From Paraspadella gotoi (taxonomy: Eukaryota > Animalia > Chaetognatha), in contig CM119265.1 of the NCBI GenBank assembly GCA_051294375.1, positions 3,625,620 through 3,689,619 on the forward strand: a stretch of 64,000 nt of DNA. The letters are read 5' to 3'. Below are positions 1-14,239 of this stretch, in pieces; position 1 is the first letter of the stretch, and every line of letters begins with the position of its first letter. The translations under genes were made by a program, and so were the position numbers. The notes beneath the pieces were generated by a model, which saw nothing but the letters and a program-made list of their open reading frames with translations, was not told the DNA's origin and did not search any database.

Positions 1-150
1 CTGTAAACTTAAAAGGGGTGATTTTCTTCCTTCAATTTTTTAAGAATATCCACCAAGACAATCGTTATTATGCGAAGATAACTAATGTGGAGTTGATCGA
101 CCGCCTCATCAAGAAAGAAAAGGAAGGATTTGAAGAACTTGGCGGCGCGA

Positions 151-3100
151 GAATGGCCAACGGCGACACCATCCCTTACCCATACCCTCCCCGGACCCTG
201 GTGAGTTGGACCTCGCTCCCCCAATTCCAAACAAGAGAAAGCACTCCTCCACCTTTGCAGAGCGATGACTCTAGCGATGACGAAGGGGAACGCATAACAT
301 TGGTCTTCAACAAAACTTGAAAATATTTGTCTTGACAATGAGAGACTAAAAATGGAGCGTTCTTCTCAACACTCCTCAGAGTGTCTAGCCTGAAACACAG
401 CAGAAAAAACACTCCACCTCAAACAATGCCTTTCGGAGGCAGAGATGGATTATCAATCACTTAACAAGGACAAAAAATAGAGGATCTGCAAGGGGAAAAC
501 GCTGAGGCTTAGGGCAACTTTAGAATCAATGAGAAATGCAGGACAGGGAAAGAGCTGCATTTAGAGGCTGCAAGAGAGATTGACAGAAATACTCATCGAT
601 GATGAAACTGCCATCCTCCTGCTCACCAGCAAAAATCGTCAACAATTCGCACTCCCAAACACCCCCAATTAGCCAGACAGCGATCGGCCAATGCGTCACT
701 TTCGACTCTAAATGAAAATCGAATCGAGGTCAGGCCCGCCGACCCCCACCCATCAACCCATTGCCTCTACCCCAGGACCCCTGTCACCTCCCCCTCCACC
801 TTCCCCCGCGAATCCTTAGCCACTGAACAGACCAATACGTGTCAGCCCCTGAAAGAAGAAGCCTCGACCAACTCTCGCATAAGAGATAGACGTACCTCTC
901 ACTCAGACTGCGTACGCCATGAACCATCCTATCCAAACTCACTCGCTCTCAAGTCGTAATCGCTTTGTGATCGCAGTCATGCAGCAATAGACGAAATGCT
1001 GAGCTATAATCATCTCGGATGCACTACAACGCACGACATGAAACACGAACATAAACCACTTGTACACACGAGGACTCCTCACGCACTAGGATATAAAGTG
1101 GAGAGACTATATCGCTCGTCTGTCTAACACGTACATTGAGAGAAAAATGAACAGTATAGGAATGTCGTGCTCCATCACTCAAGAGACACGTTTCTGATGC
1201 CGAACTTCGATCTGCATGACACGAGAAGGCATGGATGTTGACATAGCGGCGTTCAGGCCGCGATAGCAAGAAATCCACTGTTAAAGTCGAGTTCCCACAA
1301 CAGCTCTAGTCAATATTGATGAGTCGACAAAATGAATGACGAACAAACACGAACGCGAATCCGATGACGATTGACGAACGATCGGCGTTCCCACGGTTGG
1401 ACAAAATCCATTCCCCTGAAAGCAAAGAACTTTCCAATTCCAGATGAATTCTAGCGCCTCTTTCTGATTACTTAATGCACTCAAAACATAATAAAATGCC
1501 TTTATTTATTAAAGGACACAAAGAACAACAAAGTAGCAGAGAACTTTTCTAACCATTGCATCAAAAAGCCTCCTATGGAACAAAAATTTTCTTTGAGGCA
1601 AGTCGCTTATCAGGGACTCGATAAGAGAAAGCTCACAGAAAAAGGAGTTATTCGAGGTTCTAGGCAGTCTTGCTGATTATAACATTGCTACCTCACGTCC
1701 GGTTATGGACCGATTCCACACACTCAGGCCGCATGCACAATGAGGATCCAAATCGATTTCCTAGACAGGGTCGAAAGCAGGGGTTATTGAGACATTGAAA
1801 ATTCCCACCCACCACAAAGAGGTTTTACTCTGGCAGAAGATGCATGTAAGTCACACATCACGTTTCATTTGAGGGCGGTAAACTTCCCAGACATGGATAG
1901 TAGCCGCATTATCAGAAATAGCGACCTAACTGATCGGCCAATGACGATGTCGGAGTCACTGCGCTATAGACAAAACAAGATAGTCTTCTCCAACAACCAT
2001 ACCAACAAAACAGATTTTCCACAAACCATAACAACTTCAACAACCAAAAAATGATCCAAATAATCGAAAATCAGTTCCAAAAATGCTTCAATTAACAGAA
2101 CAGTAATGACTCTAGGCAATATCGGACCACAACAACAACAACAACAGCAATACAGTGCACCACAACAATAATACGCAACTGCAGCTGCCCCCCCCACCCC
2201 CCTTAATTACAAATTCCACGGACCACAACAACAACCCCACAACCAACAACAACAACTCGCTTTCCAGCTGTGGGCTCCGCCAAACAACCAACCAAAAGCA
2301 GCCCAAGCCTCCACAACAACAAACAAACAAACTTCGACCTCCGAGCTACAACGTTACCTCAATGGCAACCAGCCAAAACCCTTTGTCAGAACCAGGATGG
2401 TTCGGCACCTTTCGAAACCCAAGGTTTTTGAACAGAATTCCAGCCCCACCTGCAACCCCAGAGAATGCCAGCTAATTGCAGAAAGGCGAACCCATCGTTC
2501 AGGGGAAAAAGTTGCCAAATTGCCGACAGCAAGTTGAATTTCCCATGAGACTTCATATTGCCAATTTAAAACTTTTGCTGCATTATTGCAAACATTAAGC
2601 GCTTGACATTGCTGGAGATCAACGCCACAGCAGAACCTGCGTATTGTCCTTCTCACAACAGGCGACGGCGCCAGGGCAGTCAACAAAATCAAACAGAAGT
2701 TGACGGCCGACGCGGCGTCCCCGGTGAGAAATGTTTGTGAAACCTCGTAGAAATAATTTTCCCAAAACATTCAACAAATAAATTTGACTCTGACATAATG
2801 CACGGCAACTGTATCATAGCAGGGCAATTATAATAATCACCGTTCTGAGACCACTCTGACACCTTCTCAATCACATTGAGGAGTCACCTGGGGCGTCGTC
2901 ATCTATGCCCATGGCCAAAGCAATAAATTGCGACATTTGAAGTCTTTTGCTGACAAAAACTCTGTACTATAAAACCTTCGAAACCATATTATATGCATGT
3001 CTTTTGAGTTTTAGCTTTTGCAAACAAACAAATTTTGCACAATATTTGTAGATAAGGCCAAGGCAACGCATGCCCCGCCCCAACTTGCCCCATGAGTAAC

Positions 3101-3700
3101 TTTTGAAACAAGATCAAACCATGTTTTTGCCGCAGTATTAGGTTATGAGAAAAGGAAACTAGAATCTAACTTATCAATGCAAGTGGTGATAATGAGTCAC
3201 CAAAAACGTATTCACGACATCCCATGAAGGAGTAAAACAATCGCGGAAAATCAGCGAAAGTATTGCGCTGACCGAATTACCAACTCCAGTATTACGCCAA
3301 CCGAAAACCCCACCAATATTGCACCAACCCAAAATCATGCCCCAATCTTGTTCCCGAGGGGACCCAGATTCAGATAAAACCTCCCAATATCCATACCCCA
3401 ATTTCAGTCCCCAAGGGGACGGAATCAGATAAAAACCCCACAATTCAACCCCATTCAGTTCCCTAAGGGACAAAATCTGAAAATTTTACTTCCCAAACTG
3501 TGCCCCCCAACCAGTTCCCTAGGGAATAAATCCCAGTTTAAATCGCATCAAAGGAATTACCAGACACTCCAAAGCTAACCACCAACCAAGTTTGGGATAA
3601 GACATAGGGGAAAACCTCCCAAAATTTAGGAAATGAGGAATGTTTATTACACTCACAATTCCAAAGGGAACCCCTGGGTTAAAGAATCCACAAGCCAATG
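151..3700 (+). mobile_element. Possible retrotransposon gag-like remnant in very error-rich sequence
   Basis: Fragmentary + strand coding character: coiled-coil-like at ~420-560, Pro-rich at ~740-810, Gln/Asn-rich at ~2120-2330. With small indels, ~1705-1780 reads MDRFHTLRPHANEDPIDFLDRVESR, reminiscent of a gag capsid motif. No RT or integrase motif recognised and boundaries are approximate. Confidence 0.25.
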
Positions 3701-4699
3701 GAATGTACAATTACAAATATGCTTCCCGAACATGGTCCACTTCCCCCTTTAAACAAATCAAACACAGTAACCTTCAAACAAGTTACTCAACACTAACCAA
3801 CAAGGTAAAAGGGTTCTAACCTTTATTTAGTTGGAATATTAACAATAAACATCGTAAAAAGAAATCGTACTAGATACAGGGAGCCACGACCTCACTAATC
3901 AGGCAACGAATTAGCTAAGAGGACTTACAAATGTACATTGAACCTTACTGAAAGCTGTAACCCATTTAATACGGCAAATTTGGCTCTATTAATAGCAAAC
4001 AAATTAGCAAAGGCATTAGTTGACCTGGTTTGTAGTTAAAAAACCAAGTATGTATCCTTCCTTAGTTATTGAGAATAATGAATAGCAACCTACCCTCCAT
4101 TCTTTTTATTTCTTATAGGGAATTCTTTTTCTTGTTGCAAACCTACAAATTAGCTTGAAACGCGGATTTGCTCCATCTCACGGACTCCATAAGCTATTTC
4201 CACTCATGAAAGGGCACCAAGAAATGACTGAGTAGAAAAGGAAACCATATCCCACTATACTAGAACGTAACTATGATTTCCAATAAGCCGGTGACAAAAT
4301 TAAAAATCAATTGAGGATAAATCCCTCACTCCCAACAGTCACATCATTAGTAAATCTAAACACATGGGAGCTAATGGAGAGGGTACTAGGTTCGCTTTGA
4401 CACGCAATAGACACTTTGAGAATGAATTTTATTGTACATTAGATCTCATTCTTTTTCCCGTTGTGTTATGCGCCTCTAGATATGTCCTACCTTACTGTTC
4501 AACAGAAGGACAAATGCACGTACTACCTATAAAAGATCCGCATAAATTAAATTAGTTCATAATGAACACCGAGGTGATACCACATAATCAGCTGGAAGTC
4601 TGTCCATTCATGATACGCGCGTCAGCACAACTACTTACCGTAACTACCCAGAGCCTTGGCTCACCCCCTTCGTCTCTATAGTATTAAGGACATTTCTTT

Positions 4700-7600
4700 A
4701 TCGGAACACCTCATCCACTTAAACAGTAGATTTTGGCTGGGGTAATTAAAACCCAGTCGCCCTTATATGTGCCGAAGGTCGGGTAGTTGACCTTGTTGAT
4801 ACTCGGGCCTCGATTTCTCCTTTGAATGTCGTATTTTGTATGTCTACTTGCCCTTATAACTCGGCTATATAAGGAAAACAAAAAACAAAAAAAAAAGAAT
4901 TATAATTTGCGTTTGAAGAGAAAGTAAAACTCTCTCCCTAGTAACAAACAGCTTATGTCCCATTTATCTCCTCTTACAGTATAAAACTTGTGACCAAAGA
5001 CCGTCGTGACTCTCCGAATCCCCTTTTTGCTCCTTCAACTGCAACAACGACCTTCTTCTTCGTTACAAATCGCTGTGGGCCCATCCGGATAAACCTTCCA
5101 GACTGATTCTGTCTCCGTTCTTCTGTCCTCCTTTCCTTCTCCGTAAATGTTAGTGGAATTCCGGGAGGTTCATTTGTGCAACTAGACTAGTGCAAGACAG
5201 GAGAAACTCAACGCTGCGTTTTAGCACCGCCGTACAAATCCACGCCACCAACAAACTCTGGGTCAACATCGCCTAGTCACCAGTGTTCGAAGGTTGTTTG
5301 TCTGTCATCTCGGTACTAAAAAGGTAAAATTGGAAAAAAAGCTCAATTTTAAATTTACATAAATTATTAGAAATATAAAAAGTTAATTTATAGGATAGAA
5401 GAATTATAGTATGGAGTAGATAGTGAAAAAGAGAACAACACACACAAACAAACTCAAAAAACCAAACTTTAATGGTCTTTCATAATGTATCACATAGTTT
5501 ATGAAGCCAATGTGATCGTTTTGCCTTTCCTGAGAATTGCGAAGAGGCCGCCGAAGCAGACAGCCAGGCGCTGCAAACTAAAAGGAAAAGAGGGGGGGAT
5601 TTAGGGGCATGAAACTTTAAGTTTAAACCCATTAAATGTGTCCCCCATAATATTATGGAATATTAGCATTTTAATTTTTTTTAAAGAAAAAGATCGTAAT
5701 ATTAAAAAGAAACTTCATTACTAATATAAAATCTTAGCATAAATTCAGAAATATTAATGATAATTTCTATGTTTACTCACAAAGGTTTTATCTCGTGCCG
5801 CCGCCTAGGTTTCTTCCAAATCGACTTCCTTTTCATGATCTTTCGACGAAGTCAAACGCCGAATGCGCATCACTCCGCATTAAAGAGTTGTAACTTCTCG
5901 ATAAGAGGGGGAAATCCAGATTATATCGATTGTCTTGTTGGTGGATCTTCAAAAAAAGGGTAGGGCAGTTGGGAAAAAATGAACCCCTTAATCCTTACCC
6001 CTAATCCCAACCCCCGAAGCCATTACGAACCTCCACACTTACTTCACTTGGACAAACCCATAATTGTCCCTCAAATAATCTGAAGTTCCCACTTTAATGA
6101 GGACTAACCTATATCCCGGTAACACGAACCCGTAACAGTGACCCTTTACACTAAGTCCCGCATTCATTAGCAACACCATAATAAACTCATTAGTCTCTTT
6201 TATTCGTCTCTGGTCGGTTCGTTTGGTTATCCTCATGAATTATTGACAGCATCTCAGCTACTATACAATTCATTCAAGCCATTCCCGATGAAATGTGAAA
6301 GGCCATAGAAAAATTTCTCTCCTTTTCCCTCTCAACAAAAATCGAAAAAAATTAATCATGTTATTCCTCTACAAAGATATGGAGTTTGGAACTGACGATC
6401 TCTCTTAATGATTTTTGGTCACCCATGAACGTTTCCCTTTGAATAGAGGCCGGCAACTCAGATAATAACACAGGTCAAACATAATTAAGTCGAGAGTAGT
6501 TAACAAGGTGTCCTTGTCTATCCTTCTTCGAGATGGGTTTGTGTCTCCTTATGCGAGAAAATTGAATTCAAATCATATTGTACGTGATAAGAGAAGTAGC
6601 GCCATGTTAATATTACAAATTTGTTAAACCCGTTTTTCCTTCAGGCTTTATCAACTCATTGCTTAAAGGGTCTCACACAACTCCGATTGTGTGATGTTAC
6701 CGCTTGTACAACGGTAATAATTGAGCTCAATCGACAATACTATTAGCTACTATCTTCAAGGTTACGGTTAAATTAAATGGAACCCGTCCGAAGTCTTTCC
6801 ACTCGGGCAGGACCCTATTCTTCTTCTTAGTTCTTTCCACAAATTTCTGCTACTGTTAATTTAAGCACCCCGAAACAATTAAGAGTCCCGGTTCTACCCG
6901 TTGAATGCCTTATCCTATATATCAAGAAAAGCTATTGCGCTTGGCTAGGTTGGGTTGACTGTGTACACAAAGTATAAAAGATCCTTGTGTTGGAAACACT
7001 GTTATGTGCTCCGGTCAGTAGGAGGCCAGATTTTTGAGGTAGTTTCAGGACATTTACGAGCTCCACGGCAACGTTCATCTAGGATAGGGGATGACTTTTG
7101 AACTTTCGCGTTTCCAACGCCGATATAGCGACATTTGACAACCTCTGCCTGTACATTGTACTTATACGAGTGCGAACTACTACGTGTGATCCTTCATCCA
7201 GTTTTTATTATCTTTTATTTATAATCCCTTGTTTTACCGTGAGTTTTTTAAAGAATTTGCTTGCTCATGTTTTGTTTTTTTGAACGGAGGCACTGATGAC
7301 CCCGCCGAGGCTTTTTTGTCCTCAATCAAATTTTACCTTTGAACGCAATTATCGTTTTAAAAAATTAATTCTTTCTCTGGAACTCGAACCAGTTAATACT
7401 TACGTTTAATTTATATATAAAAACGTCCGTAATTGACCGACGTTTATTGAGACCTGACCACAACTTCGTTCCCCATCCCCTATTGATCTTCAAATTGCAA
7501 AAAGGTTCTTTCTTTTCAATCACTTGACCCCTTTGGTTTGTCAAGATACGTGTGTACATGAGTCCTTTTCCTCGTCCGTCCGAACTCTCCGATCACGTCC

Positions 7601-10600
7601 CAATACGGCCAATTACTCGGCCAGTTTGTACAGATAGCGCCGCCCGGTCCCATTGTGAATACCGCGAGTTCAGTGTGACTTCCACTTTTGCGACCCTTAT
7701 TGCTACAGCGCCGATCATGCCCTGATTTTGCAACTTAGTTTCCAGCACTCAGAAAGCATAGCAGGTGTTGAGCGCGAGGTACGAGGGATACTCCCATGCT
7801 TTTTAGTTCGACAGTTTCTCCCGGCTTTTTTATTGATGGTCGCACACCCGAGATCAACCGGGCCCGAATCCTGCGTCACCGCAACCAATCCTAGGTGCCC
7901 GATACCTTACGAATCGTTGATATTCCAAGGGTAATTAGAGTCGTGAATTATTTAAATCAAGGTTTTCACTATAGGAATCAATTTTTTGTCTTTACTCAAG
8001 CATTTGGTGCTAAATACTTAACACAATTGTAATTAAACCTTTTTACGACACTGGATCCTCACATGCTTAGCGATGTCACCTCATTGCAAATGCAATTTTG
8101 TCAATAGGAAATAATGTTATATAAAACTGCTAAAAATCTTAGAGCGTACCACCAATGTGGACTCAACTCGGCTGGATATCTGATCTGCCTCAGACATGGG
8201 TTTTCTTGAAGTGTGCATGAGGAAGACACCGCCTATATTTTCGCTGGCAAACTTTGGTATTGTGTTTTTCCTGTGTAGTCTAAGCTGACCCCAAGGCTCA
8301 CACACCATTGTGACAAGGTCACTTCAAAATAACATTTATTTATTTATTTACTTAGATTTATTTTATTTACTTAATTTATTTATTTACTATAATTTATTTA
8401 TTTACCTTAAATATTTATTACTTAATTTATTTATTTAGCTTGAGTTTATTTATTTATTATTTATTTATACTTAATTTATTGTTATGTTAACGTAGAGTTC
8501 TCATATTGTATTTACTAATTTATTTATTTACTTATGTTTATTTTTTCTTACCAACTTACTTACTTACTTTTACGTTTGATATGTCTAAATACTTACTTTA
8601 TCTTTTACACTTCTATTTATTTAAATGTAGAGGTGGTAGACATTTGGTTAGTTGCGCTTGAGTAAGTGTTTTTATATCGGAGCTACCGGCCTGAAGCGGT
8701 TCAGCTGATAATGATGTCGGTGTGAAGCTTCTTTTGTGATGTCGTCGTCTATTGGATGCCGGTGCGTTCAACGCATCCTGATGACCATGGTGGAAATCTG
8801 TAACCGTTCGTTTGATTATTTAAAATTAATGCAATGAATTATTATAAAAATGTACAGAATGATTATTATCATTAAGTTTAACTGTGTGGGAGGTCTCTCG
8901 AATATATAATACATTCATAGTTAAAAAATTTAAGATTCTATGGGTCTTACGCTCATCTTGAATAGCTCTGAGAAGTGTGGTGTTCATAATTTCAGATTTT
9001 GAGGTTCCAAGTATTTTTTATGTTGAATTTACAACTTTATATGGATTTAACTGCAAATTAATATGAACATGATGTCGATTCTATCTGGAAATTGTTCATG
9101 CCGTCAGTACTTCAACGGTGTTTTTTAATATCCAAATTCTACTCTAGGCCAGCTTTATACTGAAGAGACTGTGACTTCTTTATTTGTCTAGAATTGATAA
9201 CTATGCAGTATGGCAGTAACGAGGTGGGTTATCCGGTGGGTATGACGGACTAATGAAATACTGAAGACTTCCTTGACAATTCACATGTTAACCTCTGGTG
9301 GCTCTGGGCTATTACACTAGTTGTGTTTTGAAACGGTTGCTTTACACGGGGAAACCTTTTTGAGGAAGTGAGGAAGAGACATGGAGGGTGAAGAGGAAAG
9401 AGAGGAGGAGAAGGAGCGAGAAATGAGGGGAGCCGGGAAGGAAAGAAGTGCTCTCTGTGAATCGCGAGCTCTGAACTTCTTTTTTCGTTCTTCTGAGAGC
9501 TTACTGGTTCTGGTCGTGTGATGACTATTTAACAGACTTCCAATGTGTAAAGTTCTGGTTATAAAAAATTGTGTTATGTGTTCTTTTGAGAGATTCTGTA
9601 ACTTCGCATTCTTTCTGTACTTCATTTCTTTCTGTGACTCTCCTCTTTTCTAGTTTTTTTTCTTTCCATTTCCATTTCTGTGCACCCTTTACTTATTAGT
9701 TCTCATCCTCCTTACCGATCTTTTGCGACTTTATTGTGTGTGGTTTTCCTTTCGCCCTTAACTATCGCTCTTGCCATATTGGTCAACTGTTACTTACTTT
9801 CAGAACGGTACACAGACTTAGAAAATGTTCTCATGAATTACCTTGTCGCTTCTTACTTCTTGAGAATCTCAGTCCAGGAACTTCCATCCTTGACTAGTCG
9901 TACGAGCCCGGCATTTTCGACATGGCTCACATAAGAGTGGTGTACTACATAATCAATATGGGTCTGGGTGTATCCTAGGACGATTAGCCTTGCGTTCCAA
10001 AGTTGTTAGCTGCCTCTCAGTTATATGAAAATTTCTTTCCCTGGTGGCCAAAGGGCAGTGCTCGCGATATCTCAGCATGACAGACAAAGTTCCTCTCACT
10101 GTATATCTCCTTCAGAGAGGTGCCACTATGACCTTGCGTAACTTAATCGAATAGCGCTCTGGTGCGCATAAAGCTGGAGACACGAGGGTATCCTACTTGA
10201 TTCCGGTGTGTTCTCAACTTCCTGTAATCTTTATAACACTTCAGTCGCGATTTTCTTCTGATGAGGGCGGCGCTCGGGAGTTAGGGTAGTTTGGAGCTGG
10301 GTGGGATCACGTGCGAGGGGGCTCTCATTCTCTTTGAAGTCGGTGCACGGATTATGTATTGTCTACGGATTGCCCGGGGCTATACGTGTTTAAAGAAAAC
10401 AAAAAGAGCGGAAAAAAAACATTAATATTTGTCTGTTTGTAAGTTAATTCTCCGGTAAAATCCTCTCATTTTTCTACTAATAAACTTGACCAAACCTAAT
10501 CTCCCCAATTCCTTGTCCTCCACTGCATATAATGATTCTTTCTCATTACTAATTTCCGTGGTGGGGCCAAATCGTTTTCGGGTTCCGTTCTTCCTTTCCC

Positions 10601-11161
10601 TTCCGTGATGTAGTGGTTCGGGGGGAGGTGAGCAGGTCGACAGGTGTTGTCTTATCTCGAGGTACTAAAAAGGAAAAAATTGGAAAAAGCATTAAATACA
10701 TAATATAGATATAAAGTTAATTATAGATAGAAGAAATATATGGAATGATAATAAAAGAGAACAACAAACAACAAAAAAACAAACTTAGACACTGTCTTTT
10801 CAAATGTGTATCACATAGTTTCATTGAAAGGCAATTCAATGTTGACTCGTTTGCCTTCCCTGAGGAACTGGCGAAGAAATGTCCGCCACGAGCAGACCAC
10901 CAGGCGTGCCAACCTAAAAGGAAAGAGGGGTGGCCGGGAGGGAAGGGAGTTTGATAGAAAATCTTTAAGAGAGCTCTGGACAGTTGTGAAATAGTTCTTG
11001 GCAAAAATTATGAGTATACATATATTTTTTTTAAAGGTAAAAAGATCCGCTCTAAATATAAAAGAACCTCTAGATTATTTACCTCTATATATATAAGATT
11101 TTTTCACATATTCTATACTAGTTAACTCCAGGGGCAGTCTCGCGCCGGCCAGTTTCTTTCA
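4700..11161 (-). repeat. Noisy inverted copies (more than one unit) of the 3.6-kb array unit
   Basis: Reverse complements of unit landmarks are recognisable: junction/telomere-like tract ~5960-6015, AT microsatellite ~8330-8620, Ser-rich exon ~9320-9700, gene A exons ~10400-10920 and ~4880-5950. The copies are lengthened by many insertions and end at the N-gap at 11162. Confidence 0.75.
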
Positions 11162-11789
11162 NNNNNNNNNNNNNNNNNNNNNNNNNTAATCCGCAAAGAA
11201 TCATCGGGCGGGGCGGCGTTCTTCTCGAACGCCGTCGTGTGTACGGGAGGTTAAACCTCGGAGATGAGGTCGACGACTCCGACAGTGAGGAGGACGACAT
11301 GGAGTGCGGCTACAACTATGTCTACGTCGAGGATGGAAAAAACCCAAAGAAAGAATTAATTAGGCAAAGTAAAAGATATTATAAAAAGTAAAAAGGGTAA
11401 AAAACGGGAACTTTTGAGAAACTTTTTTTGATTTTAATAGTTTTTTCAAACTTTTGATTTGAATTGTTGTAAATAAATTGTTTAAATTGTGTAATAAATT
11501 TTATATATTTTGATTTTTGATTCTCTCTCACTCTCTCTCTCTCTTACTCTCTCTCTCTGTTTCTCTTTCTCTCTGTTTCTCTTTCTATAATTCTCTCTCT
11601 CTCTGTTTCTCTTTCTATAATTCTCTCTCTCTCTCTGTTTCTCTCTATTTCTCTCTCTCTGTTTCTCTTTCTATAATTCTCTCTTTCTCTCTCTCTCTGT
11701 TTTTCTCTTTTTTCTTTTGTCCCTTTCTATTATATAAAAAGATTTTCTTTGTGTATGACAAANNNNNNNNNNNNNNNNNNNNNNNNNAC

Positions 11790-13772
11790 GTTCTATATGC
11801 TTCATCAGTCGACAGAGGATCGTTTCTGTCTTTCATTGCACATCTTAAGGAGTGAAGTATATACTGGGATGCTTTGAAGTAAGACATAAGTGCTCAGAGA
11901 TCTACTTGTTCTGGTTAAACTGTCATTTATGTCACTTTTGCATATTTCCCAACAAGATGAAAAGCGGAAATGCAGCATGGCAGAATCTTTGCAGCTTCAC
12001 AGTATGCTTTGAGCAGTTAATCTTTATGGTAATCCTTATATTTTTGATAGGCCTTTTGAAACCTATACATCCATCGCCGGCAAGGAAAGAGAAGGAGGCA
12101 GATTAGGTTGTTCTTAAATAAAATGATTTGAAATCTGTTCATGTTCCATTTCGGAGAAGTCAGTGGAAGAGAGTTTGGAAGGTGACGAGAGTGATGGTAA
12201 GGACGTTGAAGGCGAGACTGAAAAATAAAAGAAAAATCACAAGCCATCTTCAAAAAGCATTTTGTCGATGTCGGTTAAGAACGCTAGTATCAAAGAAACA
12301 AGCACCCGCCTTAATTAGCAACAGCTCGATCACAACGGTCCAGAGTAAGAACATTAAACTGTAGAGACAGTAGTAGCAATACCTAGCTGTAACAAAGAAG
12401 CAGTTGTAGAATCAGTAACATGACAGAAAAACAAGAAACTCCTCCCCCAACCCCCGTTAAAATGAGTGAGCTTGAGAGGGTGAAGCTCTTTTTAAGGGTA
12501 AACTTCGCTAAAAGAACTCGAATGACGAGGTTTGACCTCGGAGCACCAGATCATGAAGGAGGAGGAAGAGGGATTGAGGAGCTCGGAGGGAACCGACTAC
12601 GATAGCTGATTGGTAAATAAAAATATTAATAAATAAATAAATAAACAAATAAATAAACAAATAAATAAATACATAAATAAAGAATAAATAAACAAAATCA
12701 ATGTTTTTTTGTCAGGTGTCTCCACCGAGCGGCCTTCTTCTGGACTTACGACAAAGTTCGTGGGGAGGAGAACTTTGTCAGATCTGCTTGTTTCAACAAT
12801 GTTCATATGCTTCACAGTGAAGAGGATCGTTTTCGTCTTTTCATCAACATCCTAAGAGTGAGTATTACTGGGATGCTTTGAAATAAGACATAAGTGAGAA
12901 TTACTTTCTGGTTAAATGTGATTTATGTCTTTGCATATTTCCCAACAAGATGAAAAGGGATAAGCACAATGGCAAATCTTTGCTTTCCAGGATGGTGAGC
13001 AGTTCATACTTTTATTGGTAATCCTTATTTTTTGATAGGCCTTTTGAAACCTATACATCCATCGCGGCAAGGAAAGAGAAGGAGGCAGATTAGTTTTGCC
13101 TTTGGTCTTAAATAAAATGAGTTTGAAATCTGTTCATGTTCCCATTTTGGAGAAGTCAGTGGAAGAGTTTGGAAGGTGACGAGAGTGATGGTAAGGACGT
13201 TGAAGGCAAGACTGAAAAATAAAAAGAGAAAAATCACAAGCCATCGTTCAAAAGCATTTTGTCGATGTCGGTTAAGAACGCAGTATCAAAGAAACAAGCA
13301 CCCGCCTTAATTAGCAACAGCTCGATCACAACGGTCCAGAGTAAGAACATTGAAACGTTAGAGACAGTAGTAGCAATACCTAGCTGTAACAAAGAAGCAG
13401 TTGTAGAATCAGTACATGACAGAAAAACAAGAAACTCCTCCCCCAACCCCCGTAAAATGAGTGAGCTTGAGAGAGATGAAGCTCTTTTTAAGGGTAAACT
13501 TCGCTAAAAGAACTCGAATGACGAGGTTTGACCTCGAGCACCAGATCATGAAGGAGGAGGAAGAGGAATTCGAGGAGCTCGGAGGGAACCGACTACCGAT
13601 AGCTGATTGGTAAATAAAAATATTAATAAATAAATAAATAAACAAATAAATAAACAAATAAATAAATACATAAATAAACGAATAAATAAACAAAATCAAT
13701 GTTTTTTTGTCAGGTGTCTCCACCGAGCGGCCTTCTTTCGGACTTACGACAAAGTTCGTGGGGAGGAGAACT
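11790..13772 (+). repeat. Tandem duplication (~1 kb unit, two copies) covering a zinc-finger-like segment and the 5' exons of gene B
   Basis: 11790-12775 is repeated at ~12800-13772. 12917-12967 translates to CDLCLCIFPNKMKRDKH (C-x2-C-x12-H). Confidence 0.75.
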
Positions 13773-14060
13773 TGCTCGGCAAGTTTAAAAACCAAATCGC
13801 CAAAATTGATGACATGTGAGAATTGTGTTTCTTTTCTATATATATATATATACACTTTTTAAATACAAATGCAAATTATTTTTTTATAAATTTTTTTTTT
13901 GTTTTCACATAACCAGTCTCGACGTAGCCGATCACTCGGAAAGTGATAAGGGAAAACCTCACTACCTCCACCACAACGTGGNNNNNNNNNNNNNNNNNNN
14001 NNNNNNCGGAGGGATGTGAGAAAAGTAATCCGCAAAGAATCATCGGGCGGGGCGGCGCGT
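13415..14060 (+). CDS. Gene B: unknown intron-containing protein of the element-borne family; interrupted by a gap, with its last exon more complete at ~16203-16460
   Basis: GT-AG introns at 13610-13713 and 13816-13916 join in frame: ...MKEEEEEFEELGGNRLPIADWCLHRAAFFRTYDKVRGEENLLGKFKNQIAKIDDILDVADHSESDKGKPHYLHHNVEG...NPQRIIGRGG. The start codon is uncertain. Confidence 0.6.
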
Positions 14061-14239
14061 TCTTCTCTCTCTCTGTTTTCTCTTTCTATAATTCTCTCTC
14101 TCTCTGCTTTCTCTTTCTCATAATTCTCTCTCTCTTCTCTGTTTCTCTTTCTAATAGTTTCTATAATTCTCTCTTCTCTCTCTCCTCTCGTTTTCTCTTT
14201 TTCTTTTTCTCTTTCTATTATATAAAAAGATTCTTTGTG

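Noticed and set aside
4700-11161. Real large inversion or terminal inverted repeat of the element
   Set aside because: The sequence is insertion-rich and abuts an N-gap, consistent with an unpolished read or misoriented gap-fill. A real inversion cannot be supported without raw reads.
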